Shown piece after piece: positions 18,909 to 28,877 of a stretch of 64,000 nt of DNA. Each line of letters opens with the position of its first letter. Positions within the stretch are counted from its first letter, which is position 1. The position numbers and the translations under genes are program-made. Origin of the DNA: Bacilli bacterium (GTDB lineage: Bacteria > Bacillota_I > Bacilli_A > RF39 > UBA660); the NCBI GenBank assembly GCA_017541325.1, contig JAFXZI010000014.1:45741-109740 (forward strand), given 5' to 3'. The notes under the pieces were generated by a model that made no database searches, was not told the DNA's origin, and saw nothing but the letters and a program-made list of their open reading frames with translations.

Positions 18909-20099
18909 TTACTTTAAATTTTTAACCCCTTTAGTACCTTTAGCACCTTTTAATCCACTAAATCCACTTAAAATATTAGTATCAAATGAATTTATTTTAC
19001 CAGTTTTCTTTTTATAATCTTTAACACCTATGTTAATTAATTCATCAAGAAGTTCAGTATAATTCTTTCCAGCTGGTTCCCATAAATAGAAAGCTAAACT
19101 TCCAGGAATTGTATTAACTTCATTAATATATACTTTTTTCTTTTTATTATCGATTAAGAAATCTATTCTTACATCTCCACTTAGGTTAAGAGCTTTGCTT
19201 GCTTTAACAGCAATGTCTCTAACTTCACTAGATAATTTTTCTGATATATCAGCAGGAATCTTACGAGTAGCAGAAAGCATTCCTTTACTTCCACTACCTT
19301 TCTTTCCACCAACATATTTATCTTCATAAGTAAGAAGTTCATTACCAGTTAATACTCTTTCAATTACACTAGTATCATATCCATCAGGATTTCCTACAAC
19401 ACTAATATTAACTTCGCAAAGATTTTTAATTACTTCTTCTACAACAATCTTACTATCATATGTAATAGCTTCTTCTACTGCTTTTTGTAATTCTTCACGA
19501 TTACTTGCAATATTTATACCTACAGAACTACCTAAAGTAGCTGGTTTAACTATTACTGGATATTTTATTTGTTCTATCATCTTTAAAACCTTTTCAGGAT
19601 TATCTTCATATTCAGAATCAAAGAACCATACATATTCAGGAATTGGTAATCCTTCACTACCCCAAATTTGTTTTTGGAATACTTTATCTTGTCCAATAGC
19701 AGCTCCTGCAATGTCACTTCCTACATATGGAATACCAATTGTTTTTAAATATCCTTGTAAAACTCCATCTTCAACATTAGTACCATGAACAATTGGAAAA
19801 GCAATATCTATTTCTTTAACTACTTTTCTAAATCCTTTCTTACTTTGAAGAACAAATGAACCATACTTATTACGATATAGTACTACATTTTTACCATACT
19901 TTCTAAGTAGACTCATATCTTGGAATGTTTCTATTTCATTTAAGAAGCTTCCTGTATACCATTCTCCATTTTTATCTATATAAATAGGTACTATTTCATA
20001 TTTCTCAGCATCCATTTTATTCATAGCTTGAATAGCTGAAATAATACTTACTTCGTGTTCAACACTTTCTCCACCAAATATAACTCCTACTTTTATCAT
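18909..20099 (-). CDS. ddl: D-alanine--D-alanine ligase (long form with Lys/Gly-rich C-terminal tail)
   Basis: 396 aa. MIKVGVIFGGESVEHEVSIISA N-terminus and ATP-grasp motifs. An extra tail of about 40 aa (KKKTGKINSF...GAKGTKGVKNLK). Confidence 0.9.
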   Translation of the reverse strand: MIKVGVIFGGESVEHEVSIISAIQAMNKMDAEKYEIVPIYIDKNGEWYTGSFLNEIETFQDMSLLRKYGKNVVLYRNKYGSFVLQSKKGFRKVVKEIDIAFPIVHGTNVEDGVLQGYLKTIGIPYVGSDIAGAAIGQDKVFQKQIWGSEGLPIPEYVWFFDSEYEDNPEKVLKMIEQIKYPVIVKPATLGSSVGINIASNREELQKAVEEAITYDSKIVVEEVIKNLCEVNISVVGNPDGYDTSVIERVLTGNELLTYEDKYVGGKKGSGSKGMLSATRKIPADISEKLSSEVRDIAVKASKALNLSGDVRIDFLIDNKKKKVYINEVNTIPGSLAFYLWEPAGKNYTELLDELINIGVKDYKKKTGKINSFDTNILSGFSGLKGAKGTKGVKNLK

Positions 20100-20111
20100 A
20101 AAAAATCCTCC

Positions 20112-21752
20112 TTATTTTTCGTTATATGTATCAGGTAAATCATTTTCAAATAATGCATATATTTTTTTCTTAGTTTTCATACTATTAAGTATCATATAAG
20201 CTTTAGTAACATCATTTATTATTTCAATATCTGATTCTTTAAAACCTTTTTCTTTTAATCCTTCAAGTATAGGTTTTGTTTGTTTTTCTCCAACTAGTAT
20301 TACATGATCTGCAACTTCTGCTATATCCTTACCAAATTCTTTATTATAGTATTCTTCTTTATCTCCTAATTCTATCATTCCAGGAGTAACAACTACTTTA
20401 TATCCATCCATCATATTAAGGACTTCTAAAGCTCTTTTTGATCCTTCTGGATTAGAATTATATGCATCATCTATAAATACAAATTTTGGAAAATTCTTCA
20501 TACTTAAACGATGTTCAATTGGTTTTAATCTACCAACTGCTCTTTGTAAATGTTCTACATTGATTCCAAGTTCATAACCTAATGCTAAACAAGAAATAAT
20601 ATTATAAACATTATGCTTTCCAAGAAGTCTTGTTTTAAACTCATATTTCTTTTTATCACCTTTAAATTCTACTGTAAATGTTGTTCCTTCATGATTAACT
20701 TTAATCTTACTAGCACGTACATCAACATCATCTTTAGTATCTATTCCTACCCAAAGTAGTTTACAATGATTTTTATTTTTAAATTTATAATTCTTTTGTT
20801 TTTCATCATCTCTATTTAAAACTCCAACTCCATCTTCTGGTAGATATTCAATTAATTCCATCTTTCCTGATTGAATATTTTCTTCACTACCAAATGTTTC
20901 TAAATGAGCTGTACCAATCTTTGTAATTATTCCATATTTAGGATTTACTAGTTTACATAGTCCATTTATTTCACCTTTAACATAAGCACCCATTTCTGCA
21001 ATAAATACTTCATCAAATTTAGATAATGAATTATTTACTGTTATCATAAGTCCATTAAAAGTATTTAGACTTTTTGGAGTAGCTAGTACATTATATTTTT
21101 CACTTAAAATCTCATTTAAAAAGTTCTTAGTACTAGTTTTTCCATAACTTCCAGTTATTCCAACTACTTTTAAATTTTCCATACTAGCTAGTTTTCTTTT
21201 AGCTTTTTTTTCAAAATGTCTATATACAAAATACTCTATTGGTTTATTAATTAAATAAGCAATATATACTACATAATAATTTAGTACTGACATAACAGAT
21301 AATAATATTATAGAATCACATAAACGTGGAAAATCTATTTTAGTATCTACTAAGATAAATTGTACTGTAATACCTAAAGCACAAACAATAAGATGTAATA
21401 ATATTAAAGTAGCTATAAGTCTTTTAATTCTTGCAGTATATACTAATGGTTTCTTATTTTTTTCCTTCTTTTTCTTTTTTTCTTTTAATAGACAATATCC
21501 ATATAAAATAATAATTAAAGCAAGGAAATAGTAAGAAATTAAAGTATCAACACATAAAGCAAATAAAGAAACGAAGATGATTCCATATATATCTATGTTG
21601 GTAAACATTTCTTTTTTATTCTTCCATACCCATTTTAAGTATCTATTGTTCTCATTATATAGATTTTGCTGAAGCATATGTAATGCCCTTCTAGTTTTTA
21701 ACATTGAATAGATAAAAACTATTGCCATTGTCACATAAATTCTAATTAACAT
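20112..21752 (-). CDS. murF: UDP-MurNAc-tripeptide--D-Ala-D-Ala ligase MurF, with an N-terminal polytopic membrane segment in place of the canonical N-domain
   Basis: 546 aa. Mur-ligase core GITGSYGKTSTKNFLNEILSEKYNVLATPKSLNTFNGL...AEMGAY...AHLETFGS...LNRDDE starts at about residue 196. Residues 1-190 contain about 5 hydrophobic helices and no DSR / DGH.F substrate-domain motifs. Confidence 0.8.
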   Translation of the reverse strand: MLIRIYVTMAIVFIYSMLKTRRALHMLQQNLYNENNRYLKWVWKNKKEMFTNIDIYGIIFVSLFALCVDTLISYYFLALIIILYGYCLLKEKKKKKEKNKKPLVYTARIKRLIATLILLHLIVCALGITVQFILVDTKIDFPRLCDSIILLSVMSVLNYYVVYIAYLINKPIEYFVYRHFEKKAKRKLASMENLKVVGITGSYGKTSTKNFLNEILSEKYNVLATPKSLNTFNGLMITVNNSLSKFDEVFIAEMGAYVKGEINGLCKLVNPKYGIITKIGTAHLETFGSEENIQSGKMELIEYLPEDGVGVLNRDDEKQKNYKFKNKNHCKLLWVGIDTKDDVDVRASKIKVNHEGTTFTVEFKGDKKKYEFKTRLLGKHNVYNIISCLALGYELGINVEHLQRAVGRLKPIEHRLSMKNFPKFVFIDDAYNSNPEGSKRALEVLNMMDGYKVVVTPGMIELGDKEEYYNKEFGKDIAEVADHVILVGEKQTKPILEGLKEKGFKESDIEIINDVTKAYMILNSMKTKKKIYALFENDLPDTYNEK

Positions 21753-21761
21753 AAGTACCTC

Positions 21762-22535
21762 CTATACAAATTCATTAATTATATTAGTAACTTGATTTAA
21801 GTTTTCTAAATAAGCATAATGTGTTGAGTTAGGTAGAATTATTAAAGCAGCATCTTTAAATAATTTTTCTGTTTCTTTAGCTTCTTCTATACTAACTTCA
21901 GTATCATTATCTCCCCAAATTAAAAGTGTTGATGCAGAGACCTTTTTAGCACAATCTGATAAGTCTTCATTAACTGTCTTAACAAGAATATCTCTCATCA
22001 TTGGACTTGCAGCTTTATAATCTCTACTTCCAATATGACGTTTTGCAAATCCTTCTAATTTATTTAATCCTGGAACCTTTTTAAGTTTCTTTAAGATTCT
22101 AACTTTTAAACTAAGTTTCTTTTCTTTACGAATACAAGGACTTCCAAAAAGAATTAATTTATCTACATCATTACGTGATGCATAAACTATACTAATCCTT
22201 CCTCCAAATGAATGACCTATCATCGTAGGATTTTTTACTTTTAACTCGTTTAATAATTTTTCTACAACCTCATTGTAATCATAAATATTCATTACTTCTT
22301 TAGGTTCATCAGATCCTCCAAATCCAGGAAGATCAATTATTATTATGTGATATTTATCTTGTAGTCTATCAGCAAGAGGTCTCATCATTTCTATATTTTG
22401 TCCCCAACCATGTAAGAATACTAATGTCTTACCTTTTTTATTACCATATTCTTTATAATTTATGTCTATATCATTAATATTAAGTTTCATATTTACACCC
22501 AATATAATTATAAACAAAAAAAGGTTTAAATACAA
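21762..22535 (-). CDS. Alpha/beta-fold hydrolase
   Basis: 257 aa. VFLHGWGQN oxyanion region and nucleophile elbow GHSFGG. Confidence 0.75.
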   Translation of the reverse strand: MYLNLFLFIIILGVNMKLNINDIDINYKEYGNKKGKTLVFLHGWGQNIEMMRPLADRLQDKYHIIIIDLPGFGGSDEPKEVMNIYDYNEVVEKLLNELKVKNPTMIGHSFGGRISIVYASRNDVDKLILFGSPCIRKEKKLSLKVRILKKLKKVPGLNKLEGFAKRHIGSRDYKAASPMMRDILVKTVNEDLSDCAKKVSASTLLIWGDNDTEVSIEEAKETEKLFKDAALIILPNSTHYAYLENLNQVTNIINEFV

Positions 22536-22550
22536 ACCTTTTGACTAAAT

Positions 22551-23552
22551 TTAGATTAAAGAATCTCTTATAAATTCTGAAACATTTAAATCTATATATA
22601 AATCTATTTTTGCTTTAGATACTATTTTAATAAAACCAAGTCCTGGAATTACTAAATCTTCTCTATAATTTATATCCAAAGTTTTCTTAGATAAATCCTT
22701 TAATAAAGTAGATTTATACATATTATATCTTTTTACTTTAATATCATTAGATAAATATAAAGTAAAACTATTTTTAGCACCTTCTACATAATCTATTCTA
22801 AGAAGGTCTCCTATTACAAGACATTGACCAACTTTAATTTGATATGTTTTAGGTTTAATCTCTTTCTTAGGATTAATTTTCTTAAGTAAAGAATTATCTA
22901 CATAATTAATAATATTACCTCTATCAACAAGTCCTGGGGTATCTATTAAAATTAAATCATCACTCATCTTTATACTTATTTTATTTAAAGTAGTAGATGG
23001 CATTGGAGATATAGTTAATTCTCCTTCATATTCAGAATAATTCTTCATAAGTTTATTAATTAAACTACTCTTACCAACATTAGTATTACCTACTACATAT
23101 ACATTTTTACTAGTTTTATATTTCTTTATCATAGATAATAATTCATCTATATTATAATTTTTCAAAGTACTAATAATAATTATATCTTCAAAATCTAAAT
23201 CTAAATTTTTTAAATAAGAAATAATTTTTTCATCTTTAATACTTTTAGGAAGAACATCTCTTTTATTAAGTACCAATATCATTTTATTATTAATATATTT
23301 TCTTATTTCTTTTAAATCTTTTCCTATATTTAAAATATCAACTATATATAAAACTAAATCTTTAGTATTATTAACATCTTCTAATATTTTAATATATTCA
23401 TCATTTGATTTAGTAACGATTTGATATTCACCATAGTTCTTCATGCGGAAGCATCTATTACATATATCATTTTCTAGATTTGAAGTATATCCTTCTAAAG
23501 TAACATTTTCATCTTGTAATTCTACTCCACATCCTAAACATTTCTTACTCAT
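22551..23552 (-). CDS. yqeH: Ribosome biogenesis GTPase YqeH
   Basis: 333 aa. N-terminal Zn-ribbon CLGCG...CNRCF. Circularly permuted GTPase motifs (VGNTNVGKSSLIN). Conserved yqeG-yqeH synteny. Confidence 0.85.
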   Translation of the reverse strand: MSKKCLGCGVELQDENVTLEGYTSNLENDICNRCFRMKNYGEYQIVTKSNDEYIKILEDVNNTKDLVLYIVDILNIGKDLKEIRKYINNKMILVLNKRDVLPKSIKDEKIISYLKNLDLDFEDIIIISTLKNYNIDELLSMIKKYKTSKNVYVVGNTNVGKSSLINKLMKNYSEYEGELTISPMPSTTLNKISIKMSDDLILIDTPGLVDRGNIINYVDNSLLKKINPKKEIKPKTYQIKVGQCLVIGDLLRIDYVEGAKNSFTLYLSNDIKVKRYNMYKSTLLKDLSKKTLDINYREDLVIPGLGFIKIVSKAKIDLYIDLNVSEFIRDSLI

Positions 23553-24063
23553 AGTATTTTCCTCTTTCTAAGATTCCTTTCTTTGATAGATGATTAATTA
23601 TTCTATTTTCAATAAAACGATTAACAAAAGTAACTTTTAAATCCTTCTTACCTAAAGGATCTACTAAAATAGTAAAGCACTTATATCTATTACCTCCAAA
23701 GATATCTGTCATTAATTGATCTCCAATAACACACATTTCAGATTTTTTATAATTTCTTTTTCTTTTAATTTGACGGAAACCTTTAGATAATGGTTTTAAG
23801 GCAAAAGATACAAACTCTGCATTAAATGGCTTACAGAATTTTTCAATTCTATCACGATTATTATTAGATACGATATATATATCAAAATCTTTAGATAACT
23901 TACCTATAAAATCTAATACTTTTTTAGGTGGTAAGCCTTCTGATATAAGAGCCAAAGTGTTATCTAAATCAAATAGAAGTGCTCTAATTCCTTCATTTCT
24001 TAATTTTTTATAATCGATATCATATATAGATTTGTAATACCTATTAGGAATAAATACTTTCAT
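23545..24063 (-). CDS. yqeG: YqeG-family HAD phosphatase
   Basis: 172 aa. HAD motif I LLFDLDNTLA. Overlaps the yqeH start. Confidence 0.8.
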   Translation of the reverse strand: MKVFIPNRYYKSIYDIDYKKLRNEGIRALLFDLDNTLALISEGLPPKKVLDFIGKLSKDFDIYIVSNNNRDRIEKFCKPFNAEFVSFALKPLSKGFRQIKRKRNYKKSEMCVIGDQLMTDIFGGNRYKCFTILVDPLGKKDLKVTFVNRFIENRIINHLSKKGILERGKYYE

Positions 24064-24127
24064 AAAGTCCTCCCTTTAGCAAAAAAATGATAAATAGATA
24101 AAATCTAAGTATCATTTTTTCTATTTA

Positions 24128-25699
24128 TTATAAATTAAGTTCTTTAGTTGTCAACTCTTTAGTTGCTTCAAGTTCAGGATCAGGATCTGGTTCTACTGGC
24201 GGTTCACCATTTCTTCTTCTTTCCCTTCTTGGCTCTACGATTAATTGTTTTTCTTCTTTTTTCTTTTCTACTTTTTCTTCTATTATTTTATCTTCTTTAG
24301 GATTCTTTTCTTCTTTTTTTCTTTTTATCCATAATACAAGTATTACTATTAAAATAGCAAATATTAAGAATAATTCTAATAATAAGAAGAAACTAACTCT
24401 TTTATCTTTTTCAATAACGATTGTATATTTACTAGACTCTCCATCAATTCCTGTAATAGTTATCTCTATTTCATCCCCAACTTTTAAGTCTTTTATTAAT
24501 TCTTTATTATTATTAATATCAGGATTCATAGTAACTGTTACTTCATCTTCCGGACTTACTGTTGTGTAATAAATTTTTAAATCTTCAAATTTCAATCTAT
24601 TATAATTTATCTTATATTGATAATTATTTTTATCAAAACTTATATCATATCCTTTTATAGATAATGATTTTAACATCTTACTAATACTTTTATCTAGATT
24701 GTTAACTATTACTGTATATGTAGCTTTTTCTCCTTTTTCAGAAGTAACTATAATTTTAAATTCATTATCTCCAACAAGTAATTTTTGTGGACCAGTAACT
24801 TCTGCTTTAGCATTAGGATCATTTGTTATCGCTTCTATTTTAACAGTCTCTGCTTTATATTTCTTAATAGTATATTTATATTTATTGGATTTAAATTCTT
24901 CAAGAGCAGTACCATCTATTGTAATTCCTGATAAAGTTGCATCAGTACTTCTTGTATCTTCTCTAGTAATATTAAGAGTATATATTTGTTCAGTACCACT
25001 TTCAGATACAACATTTAATTTAATTGTATTATTTCCATATTCCAAATTAACTGTTCTAGGTCCTAAACCATTTTTAAATGATGCTTTAGAAGATGTAGTT
25101 GTTGCTTCTATCTTAGCATTTGCAATATCACCTGTAACACTAACATCATAAGTTAAATTTTCAGAATGAAATTTTTCTACACTCACACCATTTATTTTAA
25201 TACCAGATAAACTAGCATCACTTGATTTGATGCTGATGGTTTTAGTGATTTTAGTACCCAGTTGTGTCACATCTCCAGCAGCATTTGTTATTTGTGTTGT
25301 ATTAAATGTTAGATTTGCACTATTTGCAGTTGGTTTTGATGTTACTTTGAAAACTAGCCTTCCAACTTCATTAGAGCAATTACCGGTTTTACAATTAAAT
25401 ACTACATCTTTACCAGAAATCCCGGGTTCTGATTGATTTTCCCAATTCCCAGATTGTTTAATAGCTTTAAAAGTAAACACCTTAGAATCATAACTAATTT
25501 GGGTAGTAAATGTAGTACCAGTCGTTGCTTGTATCCCATTAACATAAATTATATATTCAAATTCTTCAGATGGAGATACTGCAGTCGGACCAGTTATATT
25601 AACTTGAGGTTGACTTTGTGCATAAGCAAAAATAGGCATAAAAAATGCTAATATGCTTACTAGAATCCCCTTTACTTTCATCTTTTTTATTCTATTCAT
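24128..25699 (-). CDS. Cell-surface protein with signal peptide, tandem cadherin-like beta-sandwich domains and a C-terminal TM anchor plus charged tail
   Basis: 523 aa. Signal peptide MNRIKKMKVKGILVSILAFFMPIFAYAQ. Three repeats of about 90 aa beginning (D/A)(A)SLSGI(K/T)I(N/D)G. C-terminal hydrophobic segment followed by an acidic/basic tail. Confidence 0.6.
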   Translation of the reverse strand: MNRIKKMKVKGILVSILAFFMPIFAYAQSQPQVNITGPTAVSPSEEFEYIIYVNGIQATTGTTFTTQISYDSKVFTFKAIKQSGNWENQSEPGISGKDVVFNCKTGNCSNEVGRLVFKVTSKPTANSANLTFNTTQITNAAGDVTQLGTKITKTISIKSSDASLSGIKINGVSVEKFHSENLTYDVSVTGDIANAKIEATTTSSKASFKNGLGPRTVNLEYGNNTIKLNVVSESGTEQIYTLNITREDTRSTDATLSGITIDGTALEEFKSNKYKYTIKKYKAETVKIEAITNDPNAKAEVTGPQKLLVGDNEFKIIVTSEKGEKATYTVIVNNLDKSISKMLKSLSIKGYDISFDKNNYQYKINYNRLKFEDLKIYYTTVSPEDEVTVTMNPDINNNKELIKDLKVGDEIEITITGIDGESSKYTIVIEKDKRVSFFLLLELFLIFAILIVILVLWIKRKKEEKNPKEDKIIEEKVEKKKEEKQLIVEPRRERRRNGEPPVEPDPDPELEATKELTTKELNL

Positions 25700-25787
25700 A
25701 AATATAACTCCTTCGTTATAAGAAACTTCTTATTATTAATAATATTATATGATTATTTTTCTTATTTGTCTATAAAACAGATGTTCT

Positions 25788-26636
25788 TTATTTTAAGTAT
25801 TTTTTGATATCTTTTAATCTAGACTTTGTATCACTTACTCCTAAGTCATATTGTTCTTGCATAATATTAGGATCTTTTTCTACTCTACTAATTTTAACAA
25901 GTCTTGTAGGTTTAATTACTAATATACGTCCTTCATCTTCTAATCTATTCATTTCCATTAAAGTATTATTATACATTTTATCTCGATTAATAAACGCTTC
26001 AGCAAACTTAGGATATTTTCTATACATTACTTTAGCATAAGGTCTTCTTTTATGTTTCATACGATAACTATCAACTCTAGTAGTTACTACTATTACTTTT
26101 TCATATCCCATTTCAATTGCTTTTAAAACAGGAATAGAATCTCCTATTGCACCATCTAAATATAAATCATTTCCTATTTTAACTGGTTTTGATAAGCATG
26201 GCATAGATCCACTTGCACGTAGTTTTTCCATATCTTCTTCTTTTCTCATATCTTTTACTAATTTATATTCAGCTTTACCAGTCTTTAAATTTGTTACTAC
26301 AGCATAAAAGTCTACTTTAGAATTTTTAAAAGTATCATAATCAAAAGGATCAAGTTCATTTACTAAAGTATCAAAACAAAATTCTTTATTCATTATATTT
26401 CCTGTTGTAATAAGAGAATGAAATCCCATATATCTCTTATCAGCTCCATATTTTTGATTATAACGAAGTGCTCTTCCTTTTTGTTTTGAACAATAATTAA
26501 CTCCAAATAAAGCTCCAGCAGATACTCCAATAATACAATCAACCTTGATATTTTCTTCCATTAAAACATCTAGTACTCCTGCACTATATATACCTCTTAA
26601 TCCTCCACCTTCTAATACTAAAGCAGTCTTTTTCAT
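25788..26636 (-). CDS. Patatin-like phospholipase
   Basis: 282 aa. GGGLRG oxyanion motif and GVSAGA (GxSxG) nucleophile. Confidence 0.85.
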   Translation of the reverse strand: MKKTALVLEGGGLRGIYSAGVLDVLMEENIKVDCIIGVSAGALFGVNYCSKQKGRALRYNQKYGADKRYMGFHSLITTGNIMNKEFCFDTLVNELDPFDYDTFKNSKVDFYAVVTNLKTGKAEYKLVKDMRKEEDMEKLRASGSMPCLSKPVKIGNDLYLDGAIGDSIPVLKAIEMGYEKVIVVTTRVDSYRMKHKRRPYAKVMYRKYPKFAEAFINRDKMYNNTLMEMNRLEDEGRILVIKPTRLVKISRVEKDPNIMQEQYDLGVSDTKSRLKDIKKYLK

Positions 26637-26671
26637 AACATCACCTATTTCATTATAACAAAAAAGACAAC

Positions 26672-28369
26672 TTATTTTAAGTTGTCTTTAATATATTCTT
26701 TGATTTTATTAGTTATATCTGATAGTTGTATATCTTCTGCTTCAGCTTCACTTCTTAATTTAAATTCTACTAAATTATCAGATATCTTTTTACCAACTGT
26801 TACTCTAATTGGTATTCCTACTAAGTCCATATCTTTAAATTTAACTCCAGGACGTTCTTCTCTATCATCATAAATAACTTCAATACCAGCATTTGTTAAT
26901 TCTTCATAGATAGATTCTGCTACTTCTGTTTGTTCTTTATTATTCATATCAATTTGTACTAATGCTACTTGATATGGTGCAATATTAATAGGTAGAATCA
27001 TACCATGTTCATCATTATTTTGTTCAACAATTGATGCAAGTATTCTTCCTGGTCCTATTCCATAAGAACCCATTAATGGATATTGCTCTTTATTATTTTC
27101 ATCTAAGTAAGTAATACCTAAATCACGACAATAGTGATCTCCTAATTTAAATAAATTACCTATTTCAATTCCGTGTTTAAAGTATAATTTTCCTCCACAT
27201 TTAGGACAAACATCTCCTTCAACAACATTTGAAATATCAGCAGCAAGATCATAATTAATATCTTTAACATTTGCATTTATATAGTGATAATCTTCTTTAT
27301 TAGCACCACAACAGAAATTCTTCATTTTTAATACTTCATTATCAACTACTATCTTACATCCACTTAAATTAATTGGACCAGTAAATCCAGGATAAGCATT
27401 AGATTCAGCTATTTGTTCATCATTAGCAAAACCTATTTCTTTTCCACCAACTGCTTTTAAAGCTTTTTCTTCATTTAATTCTCTATCTCCTCTAATAAAG
27501 AAAATAGTTAGTTTACCATCAACATGCATAAGTAATGCTTTTACAGTATGTTTAATATCAAGTTTTAAATAGTTACATACGTCTTCAATAGTATGAGCAT
27601 TTGGAGTATTTACTTCTTCAAGAGTCTTTTCTTCTTCCTCTTCTTCTTCTATTTTAAAATTAGCAACTTCCATATTTGATGCATAATCACATTTATCACA
27701 TAAAACAAGAATATCTTCACCAATATCAGTTAATGCTTGATACTCTTCAGATAAAGTACCACCCATTGCACCAACAGATGCTCTAACTATTTTATAATCA
27801 ATACCCATTCTATTAAAAATATTACAATAAGCATCATACATCTTTTTATAAGAAGAATCTTGCATCTTTTCATCTCTATCAAATGTATAAGCATCTTTCA
27901 TAATAAATTCTTTTACTCTAACTAATCCATAACGAGGACGCATTTCATCTCTAAATTTATCAGCTTGTTGATAAATATTAAAAGGTAAATTCTTATAACT
28001 TTTTAAATACATAGAAGCAGCAATTGCAAATAATTCTTCATGAGTTGGACCTAAAACCATATGAGCGTTTTTTCTATCTCTTAAATTAAACATATTATCT
28101 CCAAATGCTTCTACACGACCACATTTTTCATAATACTCACTTGGTATTAAGGAAGGCATTAATAATTCTTGTGCTCCTGTTTTATCCATTTCTTCTTTAA
28201 TAATATTCTTAATTTTATCTAAAACTCTGTAACCTAAAGGTAGATACATATATATTCCTGCACCTACTTTTTTAATCATTCCACTACGTACTAAAAGATT
28301 TCCACTTTTACTTTCTTCGTCTTTAGCGTCTTCTCTTAAAGTATAAAAATAACTATTACTTATTCTCAT
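26672..28369 (-). CDS. proS: Prolyl-tRNA synthetase (bacterial type)
   Basis: 565 aa. MRISNSYFYTLREDAKDEESKSGNLLVRSGMIKKVGAGIYMYLPLGYRVL N-terminus. T-box leader upstream. Confidence 0.93.
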   Translation of the reverse strand: MRISNSYFYTLREDAKDEESKSGNLLVRSGMIKKVGAGIYMYLPLGYRVLDKIKNIIKEEMDKTGAQELLMPSLIPSEYYEKCGRVEAFGDNMFNLRDRKNAHMVLGPTHEELFAIAASMYLKSYKNLPFNIYQQADKFRDEMRPRYGLVRVKEFIMKDAYTFDRDEKMQDSSYKKMYDAYCNIFNRMGIDYKIVRASVGAMGGTLSEEYQALTDIGEDILVLCDKCDYASNMEVANFKIEEEEEEEKTLEEVNTPNAHTIEDVCNYLKLDIKHTVKALLMHVDGKLTIFFIRGDRELNEEKALKAVGGKEIGFANDEQIAESNAYPGFTGPINLSGCKIVVDNEVLKMKNFCCGANKEDYHYINANVKDINYDLAADISNVVEGDVCPKCGGKLYFKHGIEIGNLFKLGDHYCRDLGITYLDENNKEQYPLMGSYGIGPGRILASIVEQNNDEHGMILPINIAPYQVALVQIDMNNKEQTEVAESIYEELTNAGIEVIYDDREERPGVKFKDMDLVGIPIRVTVGKKISDNLVEFKLRSEAEAEDIQLSDITNKIKEYIKDNLK

Positions 28370-28371
28370 AA

Positions 28372-28590
28372 ATACCTCCTATAAATAAAAAAGAATGATA
28401 CCTAAGGAGTGCATAAGCACGGTACCATCCTCTATTTAACTCAAATCTTTAACGGAACTATCCGGAAGCGATTAACTTCTCTTATGGGTAGGAATTAATT
28501 ACTATTAATATTTGGTTCGCACTATCCCAAACTCACTTAATTAAGGAAATAACTAATTATGTCCCATTCATCGATTTAACTACATGTAAT
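28372..28590 (-). promoter_or_regulatory. T-box riboswitch leader (proline-type) with terminator
   Basis: Minus-strand RNA contains AGAGGAUGGUACCGUG (rev-comp of gcacggtaccatcc near 28424..28437), a near match to the T-box consensus. An 11-bp terminator stem (AGGAUGGUACC / GGUAUCAUUCU, two G-U pairs) is followed by UUUUUUAUUU, immediately 5' of the GGAGG RBS. Confidence 0.7.
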
Positions 28591-28595
28591 ATAAA

Positions 28596-28624
28596 ACAAA
28601 TATTTAAATTTGTCAATTTTCTTT
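28596..28624 (-). promoter_or_regulatory. Sigma-A-type promoter for the proS T-box leader (TTGACA-17 nt-TATATT)
   Basis: Minus-strand TTGACA at 28624..28619 and TATATT at 28601..28596 with an exact 17-nt spacer. Confidence 0.55.
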
Positions 28625-28659
28625 GTATAATAAAAAATATAAAGAAAAGGAGTTATTTA

Positions 28660-28877
28660 TGGATAATATTAAAGAAAAGATTGATGAAATCGTAAACAAA
28701 GTTAAAAACGATAAAGATTTCGCTAGTAAATTTCAAAAAGATCCAGTTAAAGCAGTTGAAAGTGTTTTAGGAGTTGATTTACCAGATGATCAAATTAAAA
28801 ATGTTGTAGATGCTGTTAAAACAAAAGTAAACGTTGATAACGCTGGAAGTTTTTTAAAAGGATTATTAAATAAATAA
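28660..28877 (+). CDS. Small hypothetical protein (72 aa), divergent from proS
   Basis: ATG at 28660 preceded by AAAGGAG and an extended -10 TGTATAAT. The ORF-track start at 28623 lacks an RBS. Confidence 0.5.

Noticed and set aside
20112-21752. Reading the membrane N-terminus of MurF as a separate upstream gene
   Set aside because: There is no stop codon anywhere in 570 nt of the same frame. In a 27%-GC genome that cannot be chance. A single fused ORF is the parsimonious reading, pending re-sequencing.
24699-25651. Three plus-strand ORFs (150, 69, 72 aa) inside the cadherin-like gene, plus similar antisense ORFs at 554..751, 1234..1494, 3977..4205, 5819..6037, 12143..12325, 13734..13925, 25804..26040, 26682..26873, 33826..34089, 34425..34721, 35218..35535, 36414..36644, 36666..36983, 39264..39557, 43180..43374, 43512..43784, 45805..45999, 45965..46171, 46666..47028, 50859..51151
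   Set aside because: All lie antisense to, or embedded in, long well-supported minus-strand genes. They lack RBSs and have no recognisable motifs. This is the expected background in an AT-rich genome.
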